24,000 nucleotides of DNA from an uncultured Methanosarcinales archaeon (GTDB lineage: Archaea; Nanobdellota; Nanobdellia; Woesearchaeales; UBA10107): assembly GCA_965231065.1 (NCBI GenBank), contig OZ246410.1, positions 487,886 through 511,885 of the forward strand, written 5' to 3'. Position numbers and translations under genes: made by a program. The notes under the pieces are model-generated. The model was not told the origin of the DNA, ran no database searches, and saw only the letters and a program-made list of their open reading frames with translations. This document shows, one piece after another, positions 7,488 to 15,288 of the stretch (within the stretch, counting starts at the first letter, position 1; each line of letters opens with the position of its first letter).

Positions 7488-10400
7488 ATGGACGTTGGCA
7501 ATTATGACTTTAAAGCCATAGAGGAAGGTGTATTGGATTTCTGGAAGAAGAAGTCTATCTATGCTGCTCTCAAGGCGAAAGTCAAAGGAAAAAAATCATT
7601 CTACTTCCTGGACGGTCCGCCGTACACCTCAGGAAAGGTGCATGTCGGTACTGCCTGGAACAAGTCATTGAAGGATTCGTTCTTACGATACAAACGTATG
7701 GCAGGTTTTGATGTATGGGACCGCGCTGGCTATGATATGCATGGCTTGCCGATCGAGCACGCGACTGAAAAGAAATTAGGCATCACCGGAAAGGACGCGA
7801 TCGAAAAATACGGCACTGACCGATTCATCGAAGAGTGCAGGAAGTTATGCATCGAGAACATGCATGTCATGAACAAGGATTTTGAACGTATCGGTGTCTG
7901 GATGGATTTCCAGAACGCATACCAGTCCATCAAGCCTGAGTTCATCGAAGGCGAATGGTGGCTCATCAAGAGAGCGTTCGAGAATAATCGATTGTATGAA
8001 GGGCTGCGGACAATCACATGGTGCGCGAATGACGGCACTGCGTTAGCGAAGCATGAGTTAGAATATGAGACAGTCACTGATGAATCCATCTATCTGAAAT
8101 TTCCTATCGTCGGGACGAAAAATGAATTCCTGATTGTCTGGACCACGACGCCGTGGACAATTCCTTATAATCTGGCGGTCATGGTCAATCCAGATGTCGA
8201 TTATGTCAAGACAAAAGTCGAAAATGAATTCTGGATTGTCGCAAAAGCATTAACCGCGTTTATCCCTGCGGTCGCTGGCAAGAAATATGTGATTGTCGAG
8301 GAGTTCAAGGGAAAGAAACTGGAAGGAATCAAATATGTCCATCCCTTCAAGGATGAGATCACTGCATTCAAAGATATCAAGGCGCCAAAGTTACATACGG
8401 TTCTTTTATCAAAAGAATATGTCGATACCAGCGCTGGTTCAGGCTTAGTCCACTGCGCTCCCGGCTGCGGTCCTGAGGACTACGAAGTCGGTCATAAGAA
8501 CGGACTTCCTGCATTCAATGAATTGGATGAGCATGGAAAATTCAAACCATCTATGGGCATGTTTGCAGGACTGAAAGCAAAGGTCGATGACAGGAAGTTT
8601 ATCGATGCGTTGGATAAGAAAGGAGTTCTCATCGCGACGTCTCCGGTTGAGCATGAGTATGCGCATTGCTGGCGCTGCCACAGACCAGTTGTGTTCAGGA
8701 CGACAAAGCAGTGGTTCTTCAAGATAGAGGATCTGAAGGAGAATATGCGGGAGCTGAACAAATCCATCAAATGGGTTCCTGAGTATGCCGGCAACAGACA
8801 GTTCGATTCGTGGCTTTCTAATCTTCGGGATAACAGCATCTCTCGTCAGAGATACTGGGGAACACCGTTGCCGATCTGGCGATGCGCAAACAATCACTTC
8901 GAAGTCATCGGTTCACGGAAAGAACTGAAAGAACGGACTGGAAAACTGCCTGATGATCTGCATAGTCCGAGTCTGCAGCATCTGACGATGAAATGCAAGG
9001 AATGCAAACAGGACATGCATCGAGTCCCTGATGTTCTTGATGTATGGGTCGATGCAGGTACCGTAAGCTGGAACTGCCTCAATTATCCGCAGGATGATAA
9101 GACATTCAAGAGACTCTTCCCTGCTGACTTTATCCTTGAAGGAATAGACCAGGTACGGGGATGGTTCAATATACTCTTTGTCGCTTCCATGGTCGCTCTC
9201 GAGAGGCCTTCCTACAAAGCAGTCTACATGCACGGCTTCATCAATGATATGCAGGGCAGGAAGATGTCTAAATCATTAGGGAATTACATCCTGCCGGAAG
9301 AGGTCATCGCAAAATACGGCGCAGATACCTTCCGATATTATACAATCGGCGGAACAAATCCAGGTCTTGACCTGAATTATAACTTCGAGGACATGAAGGT
9401 CTCGTACAGAAACTTAGGTGTTCTCTGGAATCTGCATAAGTTCCTGATCGATTATGCGGCCACCGTGGGTAAAAATCCAGAGAAACTAAGACCGAAGTTA
9501 GATCTGGAAGAGAAGTATATCATCTCAAAATTACATTCAACGATCAAGAACATCACCACGGCATTCGATGAGTTCAGACTGAACGAAGTACCGAAACTGG
9601 TCGAAGGATTGTTTTTAGAACTCTCAAGGACCTACATACAACTGGTGCGTGAGAAATCTTCCACTGGCACCGAGAAGGAGAAAGAAGCAGTACTGTATGC
9701 ATTGTATGAAGTATTCATGACGGTCTTGAAATTATTCGCTCCTGTTGCGCCATTCATCACAGAGAAGATGTACCAGAACTTGCGCGAAGCCTTCAAATTG
9801 AAGGAAGAATCCATCCATTTATTTGATTGGCCGAAATTCAGCGAGAAAGATATTGATCTTGAGCTCGAGGCCAGCATGGATCATGCCAAGAATGCGATGC
9901 AGGCTATTTTAAGCTGCCGGGAAAAGATCAAGCGAGGTGTCAGATGGCCTGTCGCTGAGGTTGTCTTGGTGAGCAACAAGGAAGATATCAGGTTGGCGTT
10001 GGTCAAGACAGAATCATTGATCGCTTCTCAGACCAATGTGAAGAAAATAAGAGTGAGTGAATCGTTCGCACAGGCAAAGAGATCCTTGAAGCCTGATTTC
10101 TCGAAATTAGGACCGCAGTTCGGCAAGAAAGCACCGACGATCATCGCAAAATTAGTGACCATGCCGAATGTCGCGAAGAAGATCGAAGAAGAAGGCAAGG
10201 CGACTCTTGTCATCGATGCTGAAAAGTTTGAACTCACTAAGAATCACTTTACGGTAGAGAGCTCATTGCCTGCCAATTGGGTGAGTTCTGATTTCTCGAA
10301 TGGTTCTGCGTATCTGAACGCAGAGTCGAATAAGGATCTTGAGATAGAAGGTTTAGCAAGAGAATTGATGCGAAAGATACAATCGATGCGTAAGGATTCT

Positions 10401-10595
10401 AATCTGCAGAAGTCAGATGAGATCAAATTACATATCGAGGCGGATGAAATGACTGCGAAAGGATTGGTCAAGTTCAAGGATATGATCGCTGAGAGATGCG
10501 GTGCTCAATCAATCGCATTTTCAGGTGAAGGTTCTATACGTGCCATTGAAGAAATAAAAGGAATCAAGATCAAAATAAGTTTTGATACTAATTGA
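7488..10595 (+). CDS. ileS: Isoleucyl-tRNA synthetase (archaeal type)
   Basis: 1035 aa. Contains GPPYTSGKVHVGTAWNK (class I HIGH region in the archaeal HxGT form), DMHGLPIEHATEKKLG (IleRS rather than the ValRS HAGIATQ), KMSKS (GRKMSKSLGN), and Zn-type CWRCHRPV. Confidence 0.95.
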   Translation: MDVGNYDFKAIEEGVLDFWKKKSIYAALKAKVKGKKSFYFLDGPPYTSGKVHVGTAWNKSLKDSFLRYKRMAGFDVWDRAGYDMHGLPIEHATEKKLGITGKDAIEKYGTDRFIEECRKLCIENMHVMNKDFERIGVWMDFQNAYQSIKPEFIEGEWWLIKRAFENNRLYEGLRTITWCANDGTALAKHELEYETVTDESIYLKFPIVGTKNEFLIVWTTTPWTIPYNLAVMVNPDVDYVKTKVENEFWIVAKALTAFIPAVAGKKYVIVEEFKGKKLEGIKYVHPFKDEITAFKDIKAPKLHTVLLSKEYVDTSAGSGLVHCAPGCGPEDYEVGHKNGLPAFNELDEHGKFKPSMGMFAGLKAKVDDRKFIDALDKKGVLIATSPVEHEYAHCWRCHRPVVFRTTKQWFFKIEDLKENMRELNKSIKWVPEYAGNRQFDSWLSNLRDNSISRQRYWGTPLPIWRCANNHFEVIGSRKELKERTGKLPDDLHSPSLQHLTMKCKECKQDMHRVPDVLDVWVDAGTVSWNCLNYPQDDKTFKRLFPADFILEGIDQVRGWFNILFVASMVALERPSYKAVYMHGFINDMQGRKMSKSLGNYILPEEVIAKYGADTFRYYTIGGTNPGLDLNYNFEDMKVSYRNLGVLWNLHKFLIDYAATVGKNPEKLRPKLDLEEKYIISKLHSTIKNITTAFDEFRLNEVPKLVEGLFLELSRTYIQLVREKSSTGTEKEKEAVLYALYEVFMTVLKLFAPVAPFITEKMYQNLREAFKLKEESIHLFDWPKFSEKDIDLELEASMDHAKNAMQAILSCREKIKRGVRWPVAEVVLVSNKEDIRLALVKTESLIASQTNVKKIRVSESFAQAKRSLKPDFSKLGPQFGKKAPTIIAKLVTMPNVAKKIEEEGKATLVIDAEKFELTKNHFTVESSLPANWVSSDFSNGSAYLNAESNKDLEIEGLARELMRKIQSMRKDSNLQKSDEIKLHIEADEMTAKGLVKFKDMIAERCGAQSIAFSGEGSIRAIEEIKGIKIKISFDTN

Positions 10596-10977
10596 TCTTT
10601 TCTGTGACGACTGAATAGCCATCCCATTGGACTGTCTTGTCGATCGGAATGCCGAACTTCACTTCTTCATCCGGCTTTATGTTCTCGATGATCTGACTGC
10701 GTTCAGTAGCGACATTTCCTGAGTAGTAGACCCGTCCTATGATCTTGACTGAACCTGCTCCTTTGCCGATGTTCTTGACTGTTCCGTTGATCGAGGCAGG
10801 GAATCTGACACCATATTGGCTGGTGATCTTGAATTCAGCCGGTAATGTGATATCAACCGTCTTTGGCTGTTCTGTATTTATTGGCCTTTGTGCTGACTGC
10901 TCCTGAACAATCTGCTTTGAAGCACATGCTGACAGTAGTAACAAGAATAGTGTCGCCAATATCCATCTCTTTTTCAT
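10588..10977 (-). CDS. Small lipobox-bearing secreted protein
   Basis: MKKRWILATLFLLLLSACASKQ has a signal peptide with LLSAC, followed by a beta-rich domain. The start at 10977 is supported by a TATA-like ATTTATTTAA about 24 nt upstream. The track start at 11022 would precede it. The 3' end overlaps ileS convergently by 8 nt. Confidence 0.6.
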   Translation of the reverse strand: MKKRWILATLFLLLLSACASKQIVQEQSAQRPINTEQPKTVDITLPAEFKITSQYGVRFPASINGTVKNIGKGAGSVKIIGRVYYSGNVATERSQIIENIKPDEEVKFGIPIDKTVQWDGYSVVTEKIN

Positions 10978-11048
10978 GGTTTTTCTGAGCTTTTGCTTGT
11001 TTAAATAAATATCTATTCTCAAGATGATAGATACTTTTAATCGAAAGC

Positions 11049-11056
11049 TATATAAA
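11049..11056 (+). promoter_or_regulatory. TATA box of the wHTH / methyltransferase-kinase operon
   Basis: TATATAAA ends 25 nt before ATG 11081, which supports that start over the track start at 11024. Confidence 0.4.
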
Positions 11057-11080
11057 AGAAGTTTTGCTTATACTCTTCAT

Positions 11081-11545
11081 ATGCCAAAGGTGATAAAAGA
11101 CACTCCGTTAGCTGAGCTGACGCTGCGGAGATACGAGAAACCTTCTAAGTTTTCAGACAGGGAATTAGTCAAGAAATTCTGTTTAAGCGTCGGATTATTA
11201 CAACCAGGCGATTCACGGGACGTCGTCGTGGATGTGATGGAAGTGTTATTGCACGGCAAGCAGGCTAAAAGTCACCTGACATCTGAGGAGATCACTTCGC
11301 GGGTCATTGAATTACGGAAAAAACAGAAGCTTCCTCCTGTTGGTATCGCTGGTTCTAACATTCGCAGACAATTGAGACGATTACGTGATCTATTCCTGGC
11401 AGAGAAGCTGAAGAATCGGTACAGGATCACTGAATTTGATCATGTGCACAATTCATTTGAAGGCAGGACTGAGAAATTCTTGTTGTTTTCTGTATTGGAA
11501 CGGGTCAAAGATTACGCTAAAGCCATCGATGAACGATTCAAATGA
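11081..11545 (+). CDS. Putative winged-helix DNA-binding protein
   Basis: MPKVIKDTPLAELTLRRYEKPSKFSDRELVKKFCLSVGLLQPGDSRDVVVDVMEVLL... The helix-turn-helix-like N-terminal half and the basic RRQLRRLR segment resemble small archaeal wHTH regulators. The family is not identified with certainty. ATGA overlap with the next gene. Confidence 0.45.
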   Translation: MPKVIKDTPLAELTLRRYEKPSKFSDRELVKKFCLSVGLLQPGDSRDVVVDVMEVLLHGKQAKSHLTSEEITSRVIELRKKQKLPPVGIAGSNIRRQLRRLRDLFLAEKLKNRYRITEFDHVHNSFEGRTEKFLLFSVLERVKDYAKAIDERFK

Positions 11546-12699
11546 TTTACGAGCCGGAAGAAGATAGTCATCTGTTAGCTTCGTGCGTCAAACGATTCGC
11601 ATCTGGTTCTGTGCTGGATATCGGTACCGGTTCCGGGATACAATCTATCACTGCAGCTGCATTGAAGAGTGTTACGCGTGTTCTTGCGGTTGATATCTCT
11701 GATGAATCTGTTCAGTATGTCAAGAAGAGAGTTACGGGGTTAAAGAAAATAAAAGTTGTCAAGAGTGACTTATTTTCTAATGTTGCTGGTAGGTTTGATA
11801 CGATTGTGTTCAATCCACCGTACCTGCCTCTTGATGAACGAGAACCTGAAGATTCTCGTTCAATGACGACTGGCGGTAAAGTCGGATATGAATTATTGGC
11901 TCGCGCATTGTATGAGGTGAATGATCATCTGACCCGTGATGGTATCGCACTGATTGTATTCTCTTCTCTGACGAATAAAAACAAGATCGATGAGGTCTTG
12001 GACGAAATCGGCTATGATTTTGATCTTATCGCGGAGGAGAAGATCAGTTTTGAGACCTTGTATGTCTATAAACTCAAACGAAATTGGTTGTTGCATGAAT
12101 TATTTGACAAGAAGATCGCATCTATCCGAAAAGTAGCGAAGGGAAAGCGTGGATTGATATTCGCTGGTGTCCTTCAAGGAAAGAAGATCGCTGTCAAAGC
12201 GCAGCGATTGGATCTGCAGATTCGTACTATTGAAAGAGAGGCAGAGATGATCAAGAGAGTGAATAAGAAAGGTATCGCGCCTCGGTTGCTTTCAAGAGGA
12301 AAGAATTATTTCACATATGAATTCGCAGAAGGAGAATTCATCAAAGATTTTTTAGAACATAGTAAAAGACAGGAGACGAAGAAAGTATTTCTGGAAGTCT
12401 TAAGACAGTGCAGAGTGCTGGATAAGATGCATATCACCAAGAAAGAGATGGGCAATCCTTATAAGCATGTCATTGTAGGGAAGAAAATAACATTAATAGA
12501 CTTTGAACGTGCTCACTATGATGATTTTCCGCAGAACGTCACGCAGTTCTGCCAGTATATTCTTAAGAACCATGCCTTGTTTTCTCAGAAAGGGATGAGA
12601 TTTGACAAGAAGAAGCTTATCGAATTAGCGAAACATTATAAAAATAATCAGACAGAACTGAATTATAAAAGAATAAAATTATTCGTATCTGCTCTTTAA
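11542..12699 (+). CDS. Fusion protein: HemK/Mtq2-type SAM methyltransferase (N-terminal) plus atypical RIO/Bud32-like small kinase domain (C-terminal)
   Basis: The N-terminal half has YEPEEDSHLL, the SAM motif LDIGTGSGI and the catalytic NPPY (VFNPPYLP). The C-terminal half has a Gly-loop-like AKGKRGLIF, IAVK (beta3 Lys), EREAEMIKRV (alphaC Glu), hinge YEFAEGE and LIDFE (DFG-like). It has HITKKEMGNPYKH in place of HGDLxxxN. Confidence 0.75.
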   Translation: MIYEPEEDSHLLASCVKRFASGSVLDIGTGSGIQSITAAALKSVTRVLAVDISDESVQYVKKRVTGLKKIKVVKSDLFSNVAGRFDTIVFNPPYLPLDEREPEDSRSMTTGGKVGYELLARALYEVNDHLTRDGIALIVFSSLTNKNKIDEVLDEIGYDFDLIAEEKISFETLYVYKLKRNWLLHELFDKKIASIRKVAKGKRGLIFAGVLQGKKIAVKAQRLDLQIRTIEREAEMIKRVNKKGIAPRLLSRGKNYFTYEFAEGEFIKDFLEHSKRQETKKVFLEVLRQCRVLDKMHITKKEMGNPYKHVIVGKKITLIDFERAHYDDFPQNVTQFCQYILKNHALFSQKGMRFDKKKLIELAKHYKNNQTELNYKRIKLFVSAL

Positions 12700-13371
12700 C
12701 CAATCCCAGAATCGCGCGAAGATGTTCTTGGTGATGGTGTTGCCTGTTTCTTTGTTGCAGTTGTTGATCTTTGTATAAACACATTTGCCATCGATGAAGT
12801 AGTCTTTTGTGCACTTATTGTTATCGTTACATTGATTTATACATGTATGTCCGGTCGCGATCTGTCCTTCTCCGCAGACAAGCCATTGGCATATCTTGTT
12901 GGAACAGGTCTGCTGGCTGACGCATTCATCATTTGAACTGCATGCTTTACCAGGGCATCGTATGGCATACTTTATGTGATTGTAGTAGATTGTTCCCGGC
13001 CAGTTGACCGTAAGTGTGTACGTACCGGTGGTGTAGATGTTATTGGAGGTTACGAACCTGAAGGTCGCGATACCGGTAAAATCATTGCCGGTGAATTCAT
13101 TATCAGGGAAATCATAATTGGTGACCGGATCTTCGCCGATGAACCAATTTCCTAATACAGGCTGCGGCTGCATCGTATCGCTTTCTATCGTCAGATTGAT
13201 GTCAGAAAACGGCATCGATCTTCCGTTATGGGTGATGTTGAGTATCAATGAACCATTGCTGAGGCATTCGGTTCCTCTGATGCCAAGGATGATGTCATTC
13301 GTCGGAAGATAATTAGCGCTGACTGAGATGATGCTTAAGAGAAATATGATACTAAACACATATCTTTTCAT
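12679..13371 (-). CDS. Secreted protein with Cys-rich C-terminal module
   Basis: Signal peptide MKRYVFSIIFLLSIISVSA. The C-terminal third carries 13 Cys (counted by hand) in about 70 aa (CPGKACSSNDECVSQQTCSNKICQWLVCGEG...CINQCNDNNKCTKDYFIDGKC...NNC). TATA lies 22 nt upstream (13393-13400). Confidence 0.65.
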   Translation of the reverse strand: MKRYVFSIIFLLSIISVSANYLPTNDIILGIRGTECLSNGSLILNITHNGRSMPFSDINLTIESDTMQPQPVLGNWFIGEDPVTNYDFPDNEFTGNDFTGIATFRFVTSNNIYTTGTYTLTVNWPGTIYYNHIKYAIRCPGKACSSNDECVSQQTCSNKICQWLVCGEGQIATGHTCINQCNDNNKCTKDYFIDGKCVYTKINNCNKETGNTITKNIFARFWDWLKSRYE

Positions 13372-13392
13372 GTGATTAGCACTGATTGCTTA

Positions 13393-13400
13393 TTTATATA
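13393..13400 (-). promoter_or_regulatory. TATA box of ORF 13371
   Basis: The minus strand reads TATATAAA, 22 nt from the ATG. Confidence 0.4.
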
Positions 13401-13417
13401 GATTACTGAAGAACTAT

Positions 13418-14347
13418 TTACTCTTTCTTTGTCTTCTTTTTCGTCTTCTTGATCTCTTTCTCTAGATCTAATTCATCAAGCAATTCTTTGTAGCGATTTC
13501 TGATGGTAACCTCAGTAACACCTGCTACATCTGCGACTTCTCGCTGCGTTCGTTTCTCGCCATGTATCAATGCTGCGACATATAATGCAGCTGCTGCGAT
13601 ACCTGTCGGGCCTCGTCCTGAGGTCAATTCCTGCTTCTGTGCGATATCTAGGATCTCGACCGCATGTGACTGTGCTTCCGGTGATAATTTCAATGAAGAA
13701 GCGAATCGTGCGATGTAGTCTGATGGATTTGAAGGTAAAATCTTGATTCCAAGTTCCCTTGTAATGAATCGATATGTTCTTCCGATCTCTTTCTTCTCGA
13801 TACCGGACGCTTCTGAGAGTTCATCTAGTGTTCGTGGAACATCATGTCTTCGGCATGCTGCATATAATGAGCCTGCGACGACAGATTCCATTGATCTACC
13901 TCTAACTAATCCTCGTTGGACCGCTAATGTGTAGATTCTTGCTGATTCCTCTTCGACCATCTTTGGTAATTTAAGGTATGAAGAGACTCTCTTCAATTCA
14001 GCAAGTGCTAGTTTCAGATTTCGTTCGATAGCTGTTGAGATTCTGTACTGCCATTTTCTCAGTCTGAAGAACTTGTTTCGATCTTTAGAGCCTAATTGGA
14101 ATAGATCTGTCTTCTGGCCTACTTCTGTTCCTAATCCTTGATCGTATTGAGTGTAAGTCATCGGAGCGCCTGCTCTTCGCTTGCTTTCTCCTTGTTCAGA
14201 ATCGAATTCACGCCATTCCTGGCTGAAATCAATCATCTTATCTTCGAGTACCAGGCCGCAATCTCTGCAGATAGTCTCGCCTCTATCTCGATTAGAAAAT
14301 AAGTTTTCGCTACCGCACTCTGGACATTTCTTTAGCATTGTGTGCAT
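13418..14347 (-). CDS. tfb: Transcription initiation factor IIB (TFB)
   Basis: Zn-ribbon CPECGSENLFSNRDRGETICRDCG, a B-reader/linker, two cyclin-fold repeats (RTLDELSEASGIEKKEIGRTYRFI and RTQREVADVAGVTEVTIRNRYKEL), and a Lys-rich tail. The track start at 14371 is a TTG. I prefer ATG 14347 (or 14338), 27 nt from the TATA at 14374-14381. Confidence 0.95.
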   Translation of the reverse strand: MHTMLKKCPECGSENLFSNRDRGETICRDCGLVLEDKMIDFSQEWREFDSEQGESKRRAGAPMTYTQYDQGLGTEVGQKTDLFQLGSKDRNKFFRLRKWQYRISTAIERNLKLALAELKRVSSYLKLPKMVEEESARIYTLAVQRGLVRGRSMESVVAGSLYAACRRHDVPRTLDELSEASGIEKKEIGRTYRFITRELGIKILPSNPSDYIARFASSLKLSPEAQSHAVEILDIAQKQELTSGRGPTGIAAAALYVAALIHGEKRTQREVADVAGVTEVTIRNRYKELLDELDLEKEIKKTKKKTKKE

Positions 14348-14511
14348 CCTGTAAATTCCCCCTAAACACAACTCTTATAAATTAATATGGTTGAAGTTAT
14401 ATATAAATGTTCTCTTTTATTTATAAGTATTTAGCAAATAATTTGTCTTCTTTATAAATAGAAATATATATCAAAACATATAGCGGTGGTAACAGTAATA
14501 TGGAAAAGAAT

Positions 14512-14536
14512 ACGGTGTCGCCCGGCTTTATGCCGT
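14512..14536 (-). repeat. Degenerate copy of the tRNA-Ser 3' end (T-arm 3' part plus acceptor 3' strand)
   Basis: The minus strand ACGGCATAAAGCCGGGCGACACCGT compares with the tRNA 3' end CCGGTTCAAATCCGGGCGACACCGT. There are 14 contiguous identities (plus-strand acggtgtcgcccgg at 14512-14525 and 14565-14578) and about 20 of 25 overall. The T-rich downstream flank is also similar. Confidence 0.65.
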
Positions 14537-14565
14537 GCGGACCGTTATCAATTAAAGAATAAGAA

Positions 14566-14687
14566 CGGTGTCGCCCGGATTTGAACCGGGATATCCTCAC
14601 GGAAACCGGTTGTTTCGGCGACGAAACCTCGCAAACGAAGTTTGCCGCGTTCAAGACCGGCGCAGTACCGGGTTGTGCCACGACACC
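14566..14687 (-). tRNA. tRNA-Ser (anticodon UGA) with a roughly 38-nt intron at or near position 37/38
   Basis: Hand-folded. Acceptor GGTGTCG/CGACACC with G73, 3-bp D stem with a GG loop, and anticodon stem CCGGT...ACCGG restored only if 14612-14649 is removed. Loop CUUGAA-A. Long variable arm TTTCCGTGAGGATAT. T arm CCCGG-TTCAAAT-CCGGG. No encoded CCA. Confidence 0.8.
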
Positions 14688-14712
14688 ATTGTATTGTGGT
14701 TTAAAGCTTCCT

Positions 14713-14725
14713 TTTTAAAAGTTTC
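14713..14725 (-). promoter_or_regulatory. BRE/TATA promoter of tRNA-Ser
   Basis: The minus strand reads GAAAC-TTTTAAAA. The TATA edge is 26 nt from tRNA position 1. Confidence 0.45.
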
Positions 14726-14742
14726 AATTCGGCGAGATTTCA

Positions 14743-14763
14743 GTGATAAACTGATATTATCAC
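14743..14763. promoter_or_regulatory. Inverted repeat GTGATAA-N7-TTATCAC upstream of ORF 14813
   Basis: Perfect 7-bp arms, read directly from the sequence. It abuts the ACTACTTAT motif and lies about 20 nt upstream of the TATA. Confidence 0.35.
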
Positions 14764-14775
14764 TACTTATGAGTA
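14762..14775. promoter_or_regulatory. Candidate operator, motif ACTACTTATGAGTA (copy 1)
   Basis: Palindromic core CTACT-N4-AGTAG. 13 of 14 positions are identical to copy 2 at 15275-15288. It ends 6 nt before TATA 14782-14789. Confidence 0.4.
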
Positions 14776-14781
14776 GAAAAG

Positions 14782-14789
14782 TTTATATA
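14782..14789 (+). promoter_or_regulatory. TATA box of ORF 14813
   Basis: TTTATATA ends 24 nt before ATG 14813. Confidence 0.4.
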
Positions 14790-14812
14790 CTTGTAGTCGA
14801 GTAAATGGCCAT

Positions 14813-15202
14813 ATGACAGCATATACTATGGATCAAGTCTTACAAAAAGGCGGAAGTAATGCGGTTCAATCTGTTCTTAACTATTTGAAGAAACAGAATC
14901 CTTCTCTGCAGTATCAATGTAAGACCCGACAATCTGATTGTGAATTTGATGTAGACACCGAGATGACAATTACGAGTCGTGATCCCTCATCTTTGCGGCA
15001 AATTCTATTTCCAAAAAAGATAGCAAGGATTACTAATAGTGCCAGAGGCATATCTGAGCTAGAAGTTATCTCATTTGACGAGGATATTATATCGACAAAA
15101 AATCTCAGAAAACTTGTCAGCGATACGTCAATTTCTAAGGCTTTGGTCCGGGCAGCATTCAAGTCTAGGTCAACTTGGGATTATAAGTTCTTTACTCCTT
15201 AG
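14813..15202 (+). CDS. Hypothetical protein
   Basis: 129-aa ORF with an ATG start and promoter-like elements at leaderless spacing. No recognisable motifs. Confidence 0.5.
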   Translation: MTAYTMDQVLQKGGSNAVQSVLNYLKKQNPSLQYQCKTRQSDCEFDVDTEMTITSRDPSSLRQILFPKKIARITNSARGISELEVISFDEDIISTKNLRKLVSDTSISKALVRAAFKSRSTWDYKFFTP

Positions 15203-15274
15203 TCCGATTCTGTTTAAACTCGTTATTCTTGCTTATAAACCTCTTTAGCGCACTTTATTGAACTTCATAATGTT

Positions 15275-15288
15275 ACTACTTATTAGTA
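15275..15288. promoter_or_regulatory. Candidate operator, motif ACTACTTATTAGTA (copy 2)
   Basis: Palindrome TTACTA-N5-TAGTAA (15273-15289), immediately upstream of A/T-rich TATA-like sequences (15291-15298 and 15304-15311) that precede the RHH gene. Confidence 0.4.

Noticed and set aside
11024-11080. Track start 11024 for the wHTH gene. Likewise 11022 for the lipoprotein, 4626 for the FG-GAP gene and 17769 for the 171-aa ORF.
   Set aside because: The upstream extensions include or precede the TATA boxes (11049-11056, about 11001-11010, 4635-4642) or use TTG. Internal ATGs give canonical signal peptides (MKK...) and consistent promoter or SD spacing.
14348-14371. Upstream TTG start of TFB (MCLGGIYR...).
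   Set aside because: The TTG lies only 3 nt from the TATA-like element at 14374-14381. The ATG at 14347 gives promoter spacing like the other genes and a normal TFB N-terminus (Zn ribbon at residue 8).
14421-14804. ORFs 14421-14681 (minus, 86 aa) and 14568-14804 (plus, 78 aa).
   Set aside because: Both run straight through the tRNA-Ser gene and its promoter. The GC-rich tRNA sequence keeps the frames open.
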